64,000 nt of DNA from an uncultured Clostridia bacterium (GTDB lineage Bacteria > Bacillota > Clostridia > TANB77 > CAG-508), in assembly GCA_947627105.1 (NCBI GenBank), contig CANQUT010000002.1, positions 7,625 through 71,624 of the forward strand, read 5' to 3'. The notes beneath the pieces are model-generated. The model worked only from the letters and a program-made list of their open reading frames with translations. It was not told the origin of the DNA and ran no database searches. Below are positions 41,785-52,782 of this stretch, one piece after another (within the stretch, counting starts at the first letter, position 1; the number at the start of each line of letters is the position of its first letter). Both the position numbers and the translations under genes were made by a program.

Positions 41785-43773
41785 TTATTCTTCAGAGTAA
41801 GTTTCTTCTGCTTCTGCAGGTTCTACTTGTTTATACATATTTAAAATATTTCCAAGTTCATTAGTAAAATCTTGTAATAGAACAATTTTAATACTTGGCA
41901 ATTTTCCATCAATGTAGTCATCTATAATTTGTTTTAATTTTTTAATATTTGGCATTTCTGGTTCAATTTCTTTTGTAAATCTTTTTGCTCTATCTACTAA
42001 TTTTTCTTTAATTGTTACCATGTCTTCATTACTTGCACATGAAATTCTTTGGAACATTTGGAATGGATCATAATATTTCAAAATAGGAACATTCATACAT
42101 TCTTTGTCAAATAAATCATAAAATTGTTCCATTTTCATTGGAATATATTTAAATATTTCTTCTGCTTTTTCACGGTACATTTTATCTTTTAATTGTAAGT
42201 TAATTTCGTTAAAATGAATTAATATTTCTTCCATTTCAGCTTGAATGTCTTCTTCTATAGCTACTTGTGATAATTCTTCATCAACATTACTGCAATAGCT
42301 AGATGTTAAAGATGCAATATTCATACCATTAAAAAATACACTTTTAATTGTTCTCATGTCATATCTTATTAAATCTTTTTTTATGAAGTATGCAAAATAT
42401 GCAAATAATTTTACTATTTGAATAAGCTCAATATTGCCATTTTTTACATCTTCTAGGGTTTGATCTATTACTGAATCAAACTGATCATCTGGAATTTTCC
42501 AATATTCCTCTGTAAGAAGTCTTTTGTAACCTGGTAATTGGCTTGTATCTATAGTATTACGAATTACTTCCATATTTTCTTTAAATACTTTCATATCAAA
42601 AATACGTGTACGAATATATTTTTCTATGAATTTGAAGAAACGATATTCTGCTTTAAAGTTGTAATAATAGTTATTATCAAATTCTTTAATATAGAATTGC
42701 CTATTGTCCATAAATACTCTTGAAGATACTAAAATAGACTTATATTCTTCATTGCTATTAATATTAACAAATTTATCTTTTGTAATTTTACCTGCTTTAA
42801 TTTCAAATGAAATAGCTATTGTAAAAATAAGCATTGTTTGCAATACGCGGTTATTAGTATTTGGATATGATTTAGCTACCATATCAAATATTTTTTTAAA
42901 ATCATTTAATGCGTGTTTTAAAATACGTAAGTTTCTAGTTCCACTTTTATTAAATGTAGATGTAATTAAGTTTGTATTTTCTCTTAAAAAGCGTATTAAG
43001 TCTGGATATGCTTCATAACGCATTAAAAGTCCGTTAATAATATAGTTAAATTCCGGCGCATATTCAAAAGTTTCGCCTATTAATTTTTCTTTAATTCTTT
43101 CATAATCATTTGCTTTATCAAAAACATATTCAATGGTGTCTCTTATTCTTTCTACCATTGGCTTGTCTGTTTTCATTGTTAATTTATTTTCTTTATCTAA
43201 TAAATATGTTGCAATAAATGTTTTCATCTCTAAGTTGCTATTTTTTAATTTTGTAGATAATTCTTTTTCATTACAAATAATAATTGTTTTAATATGATCA
43301 TGTTCTACGAAATTATTAATATAACCTAAAATATCTATAACATCTACATTAGCTCTTTCTAGGTCATCAAAGCAAAGAACTTTGTCATCTGTAGAGAAAA
43401 ATTGTGCATAGTCTAGCCTATCGCCATTTTGTGTAACACCAAAAAAGTTTGCCATATCTAGACCAGTTTTTGCGTATTCTGGAATATTACCAATTCCACT
43501 TGCATCCATATATTTTTTTAGGTTTTTATCCATTAATTGGGTTGTTTCTATAAATATTTTTTTACTAATTTCTTCTAAGTTAGAAATTCCATATAAAGAC
43601 ATATATATAGCTGTTACTTTTTTTCCGTTTACTTGCATTGCTTCTATTTTAGGCTTTATTTTATGATTCCAAAAGTAGGTTTTTCCGCTCCCCCACTCAC
43701 CATTAATCATTATTGCATAGTCTGTATAGTCTGCTCTAATATAGTCTAATATGCTTTCTACTAAATCATCCAT
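41785..43773 (-). CDS. KAP-family P-loop NTPase
   Basis: INGEWGSGKTYFW Walker A near the N-terminus, CFDDLER Walker B, 662 aa. Confidence 0.7.
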   Translation of the reverse strand: MDDLVESILDYIRADYTDYAIMINGEWGSGKTYFWNHKIKPKIEAMQVNGKKVTAIYMSLYGISNLEEISKKIFIETTQLMDKNLKKYMDASGIGNIPEYAKTGLDMANFFGVTQNGDRLDYAQFFSTDDKVLCFDDLERANVDVIDILGYINNFVEHDHIKTIIICNEKELSTKLKNSNLEMKTFIATYLLDKENKLTMKTDKPMVERIRDTIEYVFDKANDYERIKEKLIGETFEYAPEFNYIINGLLMRYEAYPDLIRFLRENTNLITSTFNKSGTRNLRILKHALNDFKKIFDMVAKSYPNTNNRVLQTMLIFTIAISFEIKAGKITKDKFVNINSNEEYKSILVSSRVFMDNRQFYIKEFDNNYYYNFKAEYRFFKFIEKYIRTRIFDMKVFKENMEVIRNTIDTSQLPGYKRLLTEEYWKIPDDQFDSVIDQTLEDVKNGNIELIQIVKLFAYFAYFIKKDLIRYDMRTIKSVFFNGMNIASLTSSYCSNVDEELSQVAIEEDIQAEMEEILIHFNEINLQLKDKMYREKAEEIFKYIPMKMEQFYDLFDKECMNVPILKYYDPFQMFQRISCASNEDMVTIKEKLVDRAKRFTKEIEPEMPNIKKLKQIIDDYIDGKLPSIKIVLLQDFTNELGNILNMYKQVEPAEAEETYSEE

Positions 43774-43795
43774 ATTTTCTCCTTCCTATGTATAC

Positions 43796-44458
43796 TTATT
43801 TTATTTTTTGAAAATCTTTTGCAATAGTTAATAATCCTACTGATTTTGCACCAGCATTAATTATAGTTTTTGCACATTCTATGCAAGTTGCACCAGTAGT
43901 GTAAATATCATCAAAAAGTATAATATTTTTTTCTTTTATTTTTTGCACATTTTGTATTTTATATGCATTTTTTACATTATTTAATCTTTCTTTTTTATTT
44001 AAAGTACTTTGTGTATTTGTTTCTTTTTGTTTTACTAAAATATTTTTTAAATATTCTAAATTTTTAGTATTAATTGCTATTTCCCTAGCAATTAATTCAC
44101 ATTGATTATAGCCTCTTTTAGAAATTTTCTTTTTTGTCATTGGAACTGGAATTATTATATCATAATTTTTTAAAAATCTACAAACTTTTTCATTTTTCAC
44201 AAAAAATTCAGAAAACATTTTATAAAGATAGGCACTGTCTTTAAATTTGTACTGTAAAATTTTCTTTCTAATTGTTCCATCATATTTAAAAATATAGCAA
44301 TGGCTTATTTCCGTATAGTTTTCTATATATGGCATATACGTTTTTTCTTTTTTTAGCTTTTCTGTACATGAACTACATATGTAGTTTTTATTTTCTTTTC
44401 CGCAAATTCCACACGTTGGTGGAAAAATAAAAGAGAGCATACTTTCTAAAAAGTTCAT
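43796..44458 (-). CDS. comFC: ComF-family protein (phosphoribosyltransferase-like, zinc-finger N-terminus)
   Basis: CGICG...CSSC at the N-terminus and ILFDDIYTTGAT, a PRT motif. Confidence 0.8.
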   Translation of the reverse strand: MNFLESMLSFIFPPTCGICGKENKNYICSSCTEKLKKEKTYMPYIENYTEISHCYIFKYDGTIRKKILQYKFKDSAYLYKMFSEFFVKNEKVCRFLKNYDIIIPVPMTKKKISKRGYNQCELIAREIAINTKNLEYLKNILVKQKETNTQSTLNKKERLNNVKNAYKIQNVQKIKEKNIILFDDIYTTGATCIECAKTIINAGAKSVGLLTIAKDFQKIK

Positions 44459-44520
44459 TTATAAAACCTCCTTAAAATAATGCCCCCAATTGTTTAATTT
44501 TAATTTAATGTTTTTTATTA

Positions 44521-44632
44521 TTTAGAGTAGCCACAGCGGTTTAGTATATGTTTTTTCGTGCTTTAGACGAGAAAAAACATATACTAAACGCAAGCGACGT
44601 GGCGGATAATTTTAAAGCTATAAATAGTAACA
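44521..44632 (+). repeat. structured intergenic element family 2, copy b
   Basis: Same flanks as copy a. The stem is gtttagtatatgttttttcg / cgagaaaaaacatatactaaac. Confidence 0.8.
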
Positions 44633-44638
44633 TTATAC

Positions 44639-46872
44639 TTAATAATTTGCAATATTTTTAAGCTTATATTCTAAGCCCGTGTTACGTGTTTTGCTGTTTT
44701 CATTTTGTATCATAAATTCTAAAATTTTTGGATTTCCTATTAATATTAATAGTTTTTTTGCTCTAGTCATTGCTGTATATAGTAAAGTTCTTGTAAGTAA
44801 AACTGGTGCTGCTTGCATAATAGGCATAATAACAACATCAAATTCACTTCCGCTGTGCTTTATGAACTGTTATTGCATATGCGTGTTCTATTTGCTCTAA
44901 TTCTTCAAAAGCATACCAAACTAGTTTATCATCATCAAACTTAATTTTTATTCTTTTTTCTTCTTCATCTATATTTAAAATTGTTCCATATTCCCCATTA
45001 AATACACCTTTTCCCATTTCTAGTGTAGGTTCATGTTTTTCCCAATATATATCATAATTATTTTTTATTTGCATAATTCTATCTCCTTCTCTAAAGATAG
45101 AATCAATATATTTTCGTTCTTTCTTTTCTTCTGAAGGTGGATTAACTGTATTTTGAAGGCTTTTATTTAGCTCTCTTGTTCCAAGTTCTCCCCTTTTAGT
45201 TGCACTAATAACTTGTATATTTTTTATAAAATCATAATCTCCATAACTTTTAAGCCTTCCATTACTTAATGAAATTATATTTTCTAATATTTTCAGTTTG
45301 TTAGGCTCATTAATAAAGAAAAAGTCATCTAAAAGTTCCTCTGCTTTTTCGTCTTTTGTAAATATGCTAATTCCTTCATTTACTTTATGGCTGTTTACTA
45401 TTATTTTACTTTTAGCAGCTTGTCTAAAAATTTTATTCAAAGTTATTGTAGTTATTTTATTAGAAGATATAATATCTTTTAATACATTGCCTGGTCCTAC
45501 AGATGGAAGCTGATTGCTATCTCCTACTAATATTAACTTAGTTCCTTTATATATAGCTTGTAATAAGTAATTCATAAGAAAAACATCTACCATAGATACT
45601 TCATCTACAATAATAACATCTGCATCTAATGGTGCTACTTCAATATCTGCATCTAATACTTGTAATTCATCACTTGAAGTTTTTCCTATTTCTAATAATC
45701 TATGCAAAGTTTTTGCTTCCTCACCAGTTGTTTCTGTCATTCTTTTGGCTGCCCTACCAGTTGGTGCACATAGTATAACCTTCTTTTGCTCGTTTTTATA
45801 TAATTCAATAATTGTTTTTATAATTGTAGTTTTACCAGTTCCGTGGCCCACCAGTAATAATACAAACATTGTTATTTTGCACTGCATATAAGGCTTCTCT
45901 TTGTTTTTCAGATAATTCTATATCTGAATTTTTCTCAAACTTTTTAAGTTTTTTATCAAAATTATCTATTTCTTTTACATTTAAATATTTATCTAAAGCA
46001 AGTAAGTTTTCTGCTATATTTTCTTCTGCTTTATAATAATTTTGCAAATATACCCATTCTTGTTTTTCTTCTTTTCTATCTTCTATTACAATTTCTTTTT
46101 TTACTTGCAAAAATATTATATTATTTTCTACCATTTCTTCTGAAACGCCTAGAAGATCTTTTGAAAATTGAACTAAATTTTCATATAGTACTGTGCAGTG
46201 GCCATTGTTTGTGGCAAGTTTTAAAGCATACTTAATTCCACTTCTAATGCGAAGTTCGCTTTCCACATCTATTCCCATTTCTATAGCTATTTTATCAATT
46301 TGCATAAAATTTGCTTTTGTAGATAAATCAACTAATATATATGGATTGCTTTCAATTTGCTCAATTGTAGTAGGCCCTAGCTTTTTATAAATTGTTTCCG
46401 CTCCACTTGCACCTATTCCAAACTTTTCTAGGTAGCCAACTATTTTCCATATGTCCCAATTGCTATTAAAACTATCTGAAATTTCTATTGCCTTTTGTTT
46501 AGTAATACCTTTAATGCATACTAGCTTTTCTGGTTCATATCTTAAAATTGATACAATTTCCCTGCCAAATGTATCTACCATTTTTTTAGCAGTAGCAGGG
46601 CCAATACCTTTTATTTTTCCATTTGATAAATATTTTTCTATTGCTTCTATAGATTCTGGCATTAATTTTTCAAATGTTTCTACTTTAAACTGTGTTCCAT
46701 ATTCTGGATGTTCTACTATATTTCCAACTACTTTTAAGGTATCTCCTTTTTCTATAAAAGGAAGATAACCAACTATTGTAGTTTCTTCTGCATCTGTTTC
46801 AAAGTTTGCTATGGTATAGCTATTTATTTCATTACGATAAATAATTTCCTTAATTTCACCTTTAAGTTCCAA
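44639..46872 (-). CDS. recD2: RecD2-type ATP-dependent DNA helicase; 743 aa only with +1 shifts at two in-frame CGG codons
   Basis: Track ORFs 45832..46872, 44844..45887 and 44639..44827 are consecutive pieces. The junctions restore ITGGP-G-TGKTT (Walker A) and TVHKAQ-G-SEFDVVIMP. Confidence 0.9.
44850..44852 (-). other. in-frame CGG recoding site (cag CGG aag read as cag c GGA agt)
   Basis: The zero frame stops 2 codons later. The +1 frame restores HKAQGSEF. Confidence 0.8.
45841..45843 (-). other. in-frame CGG recoding site (cca CGG aac read as cca c GGA act)
   Basis: The zero frame stops 3 codons later. The +1 frame restores GGPGTGKT. Confidence 0.8.
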
Positions 46873-46954
46873 GTTAATACCTCTTGTTTTTTAATATGTA
46901 TACATTATATTATATATTTTTTTAAAATCAAATAATTTTTGTTATTTAATTAAA

Positions 46955-47311
46955 TTATTTTGTTTCGTCTATGCTATCTATTAGCTCTTTACATTCCCTC
47001 CAATTTGCAATTTTTATTTCATCATAATCATTTGATAATTTTTCTAAAATTTTTTCTGTTTCATCTGTTGAGTTTAAATCCACTACAATTACATCTTTAA
47101 TATTTTCTTCTTTTCCATATATTATTCTAAATAGAATAGATCGAATGAATCCTTCAATTTTTCTTTCTTGATTTTTTGCTGCAATAATGACATAAATTCC
47201 ATCTGATTTTAAATTTGTATATGTATAAGTGTAAATTATTGTTTTTATTATTTCAAATAATCCATATAAAGCTAAAACCCATAAAATTCCATTTAAAATA
47301 TAATCTAACAT
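46955..47311 (-). CDS. hypothetical membrane-anchored 118-aa protein
   Basis: N-terminal TM segment. The remainder weakly resembles the first strands of a GT2 fold (VIVVDLNSTDET). Confidence 0.4.
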   Translation of the reverse strand: MLDYILNGILWVLALYGLFEIIKTIIYTYTYTNLKSDGIYVIIAAKNQERKIEGFIRSILFRIIYGKEENIKDVIVVDLNSTDETEKILEKLSNDYDEIKIANWRECKELIDSIDETK

Positions 47312-47425
47312 TTTTATTTCTCCTATTTTAATTTTTATTCAATATTTTATGCTACATTTTTGTCTTATGTTACGGTTTAATTTTATGTTTTGACACTTTT
47401 TTATTTTTATTGTATACTTTTTGTT

Positions 47426-48277
47426 ATGAAAGAAATAATTGTAGATTCTAAATATAATGGGAAAAAATTAAATACCTTTTTACTTGATACCTTTAGCTCC
47501 CTTTCTATGAACTTGCTATATAAAACACTTAGAAAAAAAGATATTCGCGTAAATGATGTAAAAGTTTCTGAAAACATAGTAGTTCATACAGGAGATAATA
47601 TTAAGGTATATCTTTCTGATGAGCAATTATTTGGCACAGCTCCTAATTTAGAAATTATATATGAAGATGAAAATATTTTAGCAGTAAATAAACCTGCTGG
47701 AATTGAAGTAGTAGGCAGTAACTCATTAACTAGTATTATAAATAATTCTTTGCAAAAATCTGCTAAACCCTGTCACAGATTAGATAGAAATACTACTGGT
47801 ATTGTTTTATTTGCTAAAAATGATGATAGTTTAAATATTCTTCTTGATAAATTTAAAAATAGAGAAATTGAAAAGCACTATTATGCTACTGTATATGGAA
47901 TACCCAAAACGAAACACGCAGATTTAACTGCATATTTATTTAAAGATGCAAAAAAATCTTTAGTATACATTTCAGATACGCCTAAAAAAGGCTATGAAAC
48001 AATTAAAACTTCTTATGATGTAATAAAAATAGATAAAAAGGCAAATACAAGTATTTTAGATGTTACCCTTCATACTGGTAAAACTCATCAAATAAGAGCA
48101 CACTTAGCACATATTGGTTTTCCTATTATTGGAGATGGAAAATACGGAAATAATGAAATAAATAAAAAGTTTAAAGCAAAAGTGCAAAAGCTTACAAGTT
48201 ATTCTATTGAATTTAAGTTTACTACTTCTGCAGGTATTTTAGAATACCTCAATGGGGAAAAAATAGTTTTGAATTAA
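47426..48277 (+). CDS. RluA-family 23S rRNA pseudouridine synthase
   Basis: S4-like N-terminus, the catalytic motif HRLDRNTTG, and HQIRAHL. Confidence 0.85.
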   Translation: MKEIIVDSKYNGKKLNTFLLDTFSSLSMNLLYKTLRKKDIRVNDVKVSENIVVHTGDNIKVYLSDEQLFGTAPNLEIIYEDENILAVNKPAGIEVVGSNSLTSIINNSLQKSAKPCHRLDRNTTGIVLFAKNDDSLNILLDKFKNREIEKHYYATVYGIPKTKHADLTAYLFKDAKKSLVYISDTPKKGYETIKTSYDVIKIDKKANTSILDVTLHTGKTHQIRAHLAHIGFPIIGDGKYGNNEINKKFKAKVQKLTSYSIEFKFTTSAGILEYLNGEKIVLN

Positions 48278-48307
48278 ATTTAATTACAATTCACAGCTAA
48301 TTATAAA

Positions 48308-48419
48308 TTTTAGAGTAGCCACAGCGGTACGATTATATGTTTTTTCGTGCTTTAGACGAGAAAAAACATATATCGTACGCAAGCGACGTGGCGGATAATT
48401 TTAAGGCTATGAACTATAA
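48308..48419 (+). repeat. structured intergenic element family 2, copy c
   Basis: Same flanks. The stem is gtacgattatatgttttttcg / cgagaaaaaacatatatcgtac. Confidence 0.8.
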
Positions 48420-50219
48420 TTATTTAATAACTTCTTGGAATTCTTCTGCTGAAATTACTTCTTTTTCAATTAGTACCCCAGCTAGCTTATTTAACTTATC
48501 CATGTTGTTTGCTAAAATAGTTTGTGCTTTTAAGTAGCTATTGTCTAACATAATTTTAATTTCTGCACCTACTGCATCTCCAAATTTTTCACCAAGTAAT
48601 TGTAATTCATATGGATCTTTTTCTGTGTCTATTGAAATTGGACCTAAATTGTCACTCATTCCATATTTAGTAATCATATCTTTTGCAATTTGTGTTGCAA
48701 CTTCTATATCATTACTTGCACCTGTTGAAATATCATTTAATGCAATCTTTTCTGCTGCTCTACCACCAAGTAAAGCAATTAATTTTTCTTCCATTTCTGT
48801 TTTAGAAATATAGTATTTATCTTCATTTGTTTTATACATTGTGTAACCACCTGCTATTCCACGTGGAATAATTGAAACTTCTTTAATGTCTTTTTGAGTT
48901 TCAAGCTGGCTACTTACAATAGCATGTCCTGCTTCATGAAATGCTGTTAATTTTTTATCTTTATCTGAAATTACCCTGCTTTGTCTTTCTAGGCCAACTG
49001 TAACTTTTTTAATTGCATTTTCAATATCATCTTGTGTAATTTTTTCATGTCTTTTAATTGTTGCAATAATAGCAGCTTCATTTAAAATATTAGCAAGTTC
49101 TGCGCCTGAAAAACCTGCAGTATCTCCTGCAATATCTTTTAAGTCAACATCATCTTCTAATTTTTTGTCTTTAGCATGAATTTTTAAAATTTCTTCTCTG
49201 CCATGCATATCTGGAAGTGCAATATTAATTTGTCTATCAAATCTTCCAGGTCTTAATAATGCTTTATCTAACATTTCTGGTCTGTTAGTTGCAGCTAAAA
49301 CTATAATTGTTTCTTCTGTATCAAAACCATCCATTTCAACTAATAATTGATTTAATGTTTGGTTGTTTTCTGTTTCTGCACCGCTTCCACTTGTTCTTCT
49401 TGAACCAATAGCATCAATTTCATCTATAAATATAATGCAAGGAGCAATTTTTTTAGCCTTTTCAAATAATTTTCTTACTCTAGATGCACCAAGACCTGCA
49501 AACATTTCTATAAATTCTGAACCACTCATAGAAATAAATGGTACATTTGCTTCTCCTGCAATAGCTTTTGCAATTAAAGTTTTACCAGTACCTGGTTTTC
49601 CACAAAGTAAAACACCTCTTGGAATTTTTGCACCCATTTCATAGAATTTCTTAGGATTTTTTAGAAAATCTACTATTTCTATCATTTCACTTTTTTCTTC
49701 GTCTAATCCTGCTACATCATCAAATTTAATTTTAGATTTTGTAGTTTCTGCATCATATACTTTTCCTTTATCTCCTAAGCCCTGCATTTTAAGAAGAAAT
49801 ACAAATAGTATAACAATTAAAATTGTAGGTAATAAAGAAAATAAATAATCAAATATTGTTACAAAAACACTTCTTTCTTTTTGTATTAATTCAATTTGGT
49901 TTCCTTGCAACTTTTTATCTTGAATTAATTCTACAAATGCTTGTGTACTAGGAACAATTGCTTTTTTTTCTTTTTCTTCGCCTTTAATTTTTACTTTAAC
50001 AGTTGTACTTCCTACTTTCATTTCTACTTTTTCAATATTGTTTTCATCTATTTTTTGTATTAAATCTGTATAAGCAATTGTGTTTTCGTCTTTTGATTTA
50101 CTTTGGCTAATCATAAAAACTGCTACTACTAAAATTGCTAATAGTAACACTATTGCTGCTATTAAATAATAAATATTATAATTGTTCTTATCTTTTTGTT
50201 TGTTATTGTCTTCACTCAT
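48420..50219 (-). CDS. ftsH: ATP-dependent zinc metalloprotease FtsH
   Basis: GKPGTGKT Walker A, the SRH region and the HEAGH zinc site. Confidence 0.97.
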   Translation of the reverse strand: MSEDNNKQKDKNNYNIYYLIAAIVLLLAILVVAVFMISQSKSKDENTIAYTDLIQKIDENNIEKVEMKVGSTTVKVKIKGEEKEKKAIVPSTQAFVELIQDKKLQGNQIELIQKERSVFVTIFDYLFSLLPTILIVILFVFLLKMQGLGDKGKVYDAETTKSKIKFDDVAGLDEEKSEMIEIVDFLKNPKKFYEMGAKIPRGVLLCGKPGTGKTLIAKAIAGEANVPFISMSGSEFIEMFAGLGASRVRKLFEKAKKIAPCIIFIDEIDAIGSRRTSGSGAETENNQTLNQLLVEMDGFDTEETIIVLAATNRPEMLDKALLRPGRFDRQINIALPDMHGREEILKIHAKDKKLEDDVDLKDIAGDTAGFSGAELANILNEAAIIATIKRHEKITQDDIENAIKKVTVGLERQSRVISDKDKKLTAFHEAGHAIVSSQLETQKDIKEVSIIPRGIAGGYTMYKTNEDKYYISKTEMEEKLIALLGGRAAEKIALNDISTGASNDIEVATQIAKDMITKYGMSDNLGPISIDTEKDPYELQLLGEKFGDAVGAEIKIMLDNSYLKAQTILANNMDKLNKLAGVLIEKEVISAEEFQEVIK

Positions 50220-50256
50220 TTTAAATAATCTCCTTGCTTTATATTTTTAAGTAATT

Positions 50257-51327
50257 TTAATTACTTGCTTTAATATTTGCTTGTGGTTCTGGTCCATTAT
50301 TATCTTTTTGTTCTTCTTTTTCCTTTTTCTTTTCTTCTTTTCTCTGCTTCTCGTCTTTTTTTCTAACTCTTTCTCTTTCTTCTTCTTCTCTTTTTTCTAA
50401 TTCTTTCCTTGCCATTTCTTCTTTTATTCTTTCTTGTTCTTGTATTATTTTAGAAAGTTCCATTTGTTTTTTTATTATGTCAGATTTTATCATTAAAATT
50501 GCTGTAAAAATGTAAATACATGTAACCCCAGTATACATTATAGGGAAGTAAGTTATAGTGTAACCTGTTAAAGTATTTATAACTGTATAGATTAAATTTA
50601 GAATTATTGGCAATGTTAAGCTATATACAGCAATATTATACACTGCAACAAATTTTAATTTTAATCTAGAAAATCCTCCTAATATATAGCCTATTAATGA
50701 ATATAAAATAGCATCTAATAAAACTAAAGCTAAATTGTTAATGTATAATATAATAAATACTGATGCAAAGAATACTGCATCTAACTCATATAAAGAATTT
50801 CCTTTAATAAAATTAATAATATCACTTTTTTGTATATTTACTAAATGAATTCCCTCTGAAATATCTTTTAGTAAAATAGTTTGAGTTCCTAAGTTATTAG
50901 ACTGAATAATTATTTTATCTTTTAAAATAATTATTCCATTATTATAACTATTTAAAGTATTTGTATAATTATTTATTTGATCTTCTGTTAAGTCGTTTGT
51001 ATCAATAATTATTTTTCCATTAAAATCTGAATTTTCATCTATAATTATAGGTTCTTCAGGCTTGTCCTTTGATTTAATAGAAAGTATTCCTTCTGTAAAA
51101 TTTAAATCTTCTAAATTATCATCTATATATGTTCCTATATTTTGAACTCCATTATGAAAAATATATGTTACACTTAAAGTAGAAAAGAAAGCAAAAATTA
51201 ACATTAAAATTGCTATATATAGTATGGTTCTTGTTATTTTTTCTGATGCTAGTTTTTGATAATCTTCTAAATTAAATATACTTAATTTTAATTTCTTCCA
51301 AAATGATATCTTACTTTCTTCTTCCAC
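50257..51327 (-). CDS. DUF1189-like polytopic membrane protein with Lys/Glu-rich C-terminal tail
   Basis: The topology and N-terminal pattern resemble DUF1189 (YvdJ-like). The call is from memory. Confidence 0.45.
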   Translation of the reverse strand: MEEESKISFWKKLKLSIFNLEDYQKLASEKITRTILYIAILMLIFAFFSTLSVTYIFHNGVQNIGTYIDDNLEDLNFTEGILSIKSKDKPEEPIIIDENSDFNGKIIIDTNDLTEDQINNYTNTLNSYNNGIIILKDKIIIQSNNLGTQTILLKDISEGIHLVNIQKSDIINFIKGNSLYELDAVFFASVFIILYINNLALVLLDAILYSLIGYILGGFSRLKLKFVAVYNIAVYSLTLPIILNLIYTVINTLTGYTITYFPIMYTGVTCIYIFTAILMIKSDIIKKQMELSKIIQEQERIKEEMARKELEKREEEERERVRKKDEKQRKEEKKKEKEEQKDNNGPEPQANIKASN

Positions 51328-51348
51328 TTTTTTGCCCCTTTTCTTATT

Positions 51349-52752
51349 TTATACTTTTTTTTCTACTGTCATACCGTCTTTGCTATCTTTTACTATATAA
51401 CCCATTGCATTTAATTTATCTCTTATTTCATCTGATAAAGCCCAATTTTTTTCTGCTCTTGCTTGTTTTCTTTTTTCAAGTAAATTTTGCACTTCTTCTG
51501 GTAATTGTATGTTTTTTGCTTCATTTAAATATTTTTCGCTATTTGCTAGATCTAAGCCTAAAACTTCATCAAATTTTAGTAAAAGATCTGCATATTGTTT
51601 AGATGTTTTTGAATTACGAACTATTTCCCATACAATTCCCATTGCTGCCGGCATATTTAAATCATCATTTATTGTTTCCAAAAATTTATTTTCATATTCT
51701 TTAATTTTTTCATTTTCTATTTTTTCTGTACCATTTAACTGCTTTACAAAGCCTTCTCTTAATCTTGTTAATGCCGTTTGTGTTGCTAAAGCTGTATCAA
51801 AAGTAAAATTTAATTTTGTTCTATAATGTGCTGTAAAGCAGAATAATTTATATGCTAAAGGCTCAATTCCTTTTTCTTGTAGCTGGTCTAAAGTGTACAC
51901 ATTTTCTAAAGATTTTGACATTTTTCCACCATCTACTTGCAAAAACTCAACATGCATCCAAAACTTAGCTGGAATTTTTCCTGTTAAACCTTTGCTTTGA
52001 GCAATTTCATTTTCATGATGTGTTGGAATATGGTCTATTCCACCTGTATGAATGTCAAATTCATCTCCTAAATATTTTCTGCCCATTGCTGAACATTCAA
52101 TATGCCAGCCTGGGTAAGATAATCCCCATGGGCTCTCCCACTTCATAATGTGGTTTTCTGGTGCCTTAATCCATAAAGCAAAATCATAAGGATTTTTCTT
52201 TTCTTTATCTACATCTACTCTTGCACCAGCTATTTGTTCATCTACTTTTCTATTAGATAATACAGGGTATTTATCTAATTTTGAAATATCAAAGTAAATT
52301 CCCTTACTTGTTTCATAAGCATAACCATTTTTTACTAAACCCTGAACAAATTCTAACATTTCATTAATATGATCTGTAGCTTTTGCAATTATTTCTGGCT
52401 TTTCTATATTAAGCCTTTGCATATCTCTAAAGAAAATTTCTGTATAATATTTTGCAATTTCATAAGGATCCTTATTTTCTTTTCTTGCTGCTTTTTCCAT
52501 TTTGTCTTCGCCTTCATCAGCATCAGACTCTAGGTGTCCTACATCTGTAATATTCATTACGTGTTTTAAATTGTAACCATTATACTTTAAAACTCTTCTT
52601 AATGTATCCATAAATATGTATGCTCTAAAATTTCCTATATGAGCATAGCTATATACTGTAGGTCCGCATGAATATATGCGTACTGTTTTACCATCTATTG
52701 GGCTAAAATCTTGTTTTTCTCTTGTTAATGTATTATAAAATTGAATTGCCAT
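51349..52752 (-). CDS. cysS: cysteine--tRNA ligase
   Basis: HIGN and KMSKS class I motifs. Confidence 0.96.
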   Translation of the reverse strand: MAIQFYNTLTREKQDFSPIDGKTVRIYSCGPTVYSYAHIGNFRAYIFMDTLRRVLKYNGYNLKHVMNITDVGHLESDADEGEDKMEKAARKENKDPYEIAKYYTEIFFRDMQRLNIEKPEIIAKATDHINEMLEFVQGLVKNGYAYETSKGIYFDISKLDKYPVLSNRKVDEQIAGARVDVDKEKKNPYDFALWIKAPENHIMKWESPWGLSYPGWHIECSAMGRKYLGDEFDIHTGGIDHIPTHHENEIAQSKGLTGKIPAKFWMHVEFLQVDGGKMSKSLENVYTLDQLQEKGIEPLAYKLFCFTAHYRTKLNFTFDTALATQTALTRLREGFVKQLNGTEKIENEKIKEYENKFLETINDDLNMPAAMGIVWEIVRNSKTSKQYADLLLKFDEVLGLDLANSEKYLNEAKNIQLPEEVQNLLEKRKQARAEKNWALSDEIRDKLNAMGYIVKDSKDGMTVEKKV

Positions 52753-52782
52753 AAAGCCTCCTTAAGATTTATTTTTTAGTTT

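Noticed and set aside
48337-48537. 66-aa plus-strand ORF (MFFRALDEKKHI...) and the similar reading frame in the other family-2 repeat copies.
   Set aside because: It lies across the repeat hairpin and runs antisense into ftsH. The frame is interrupted by a stop in copy a (31151..31265), so it is not a conserved coding sequence.
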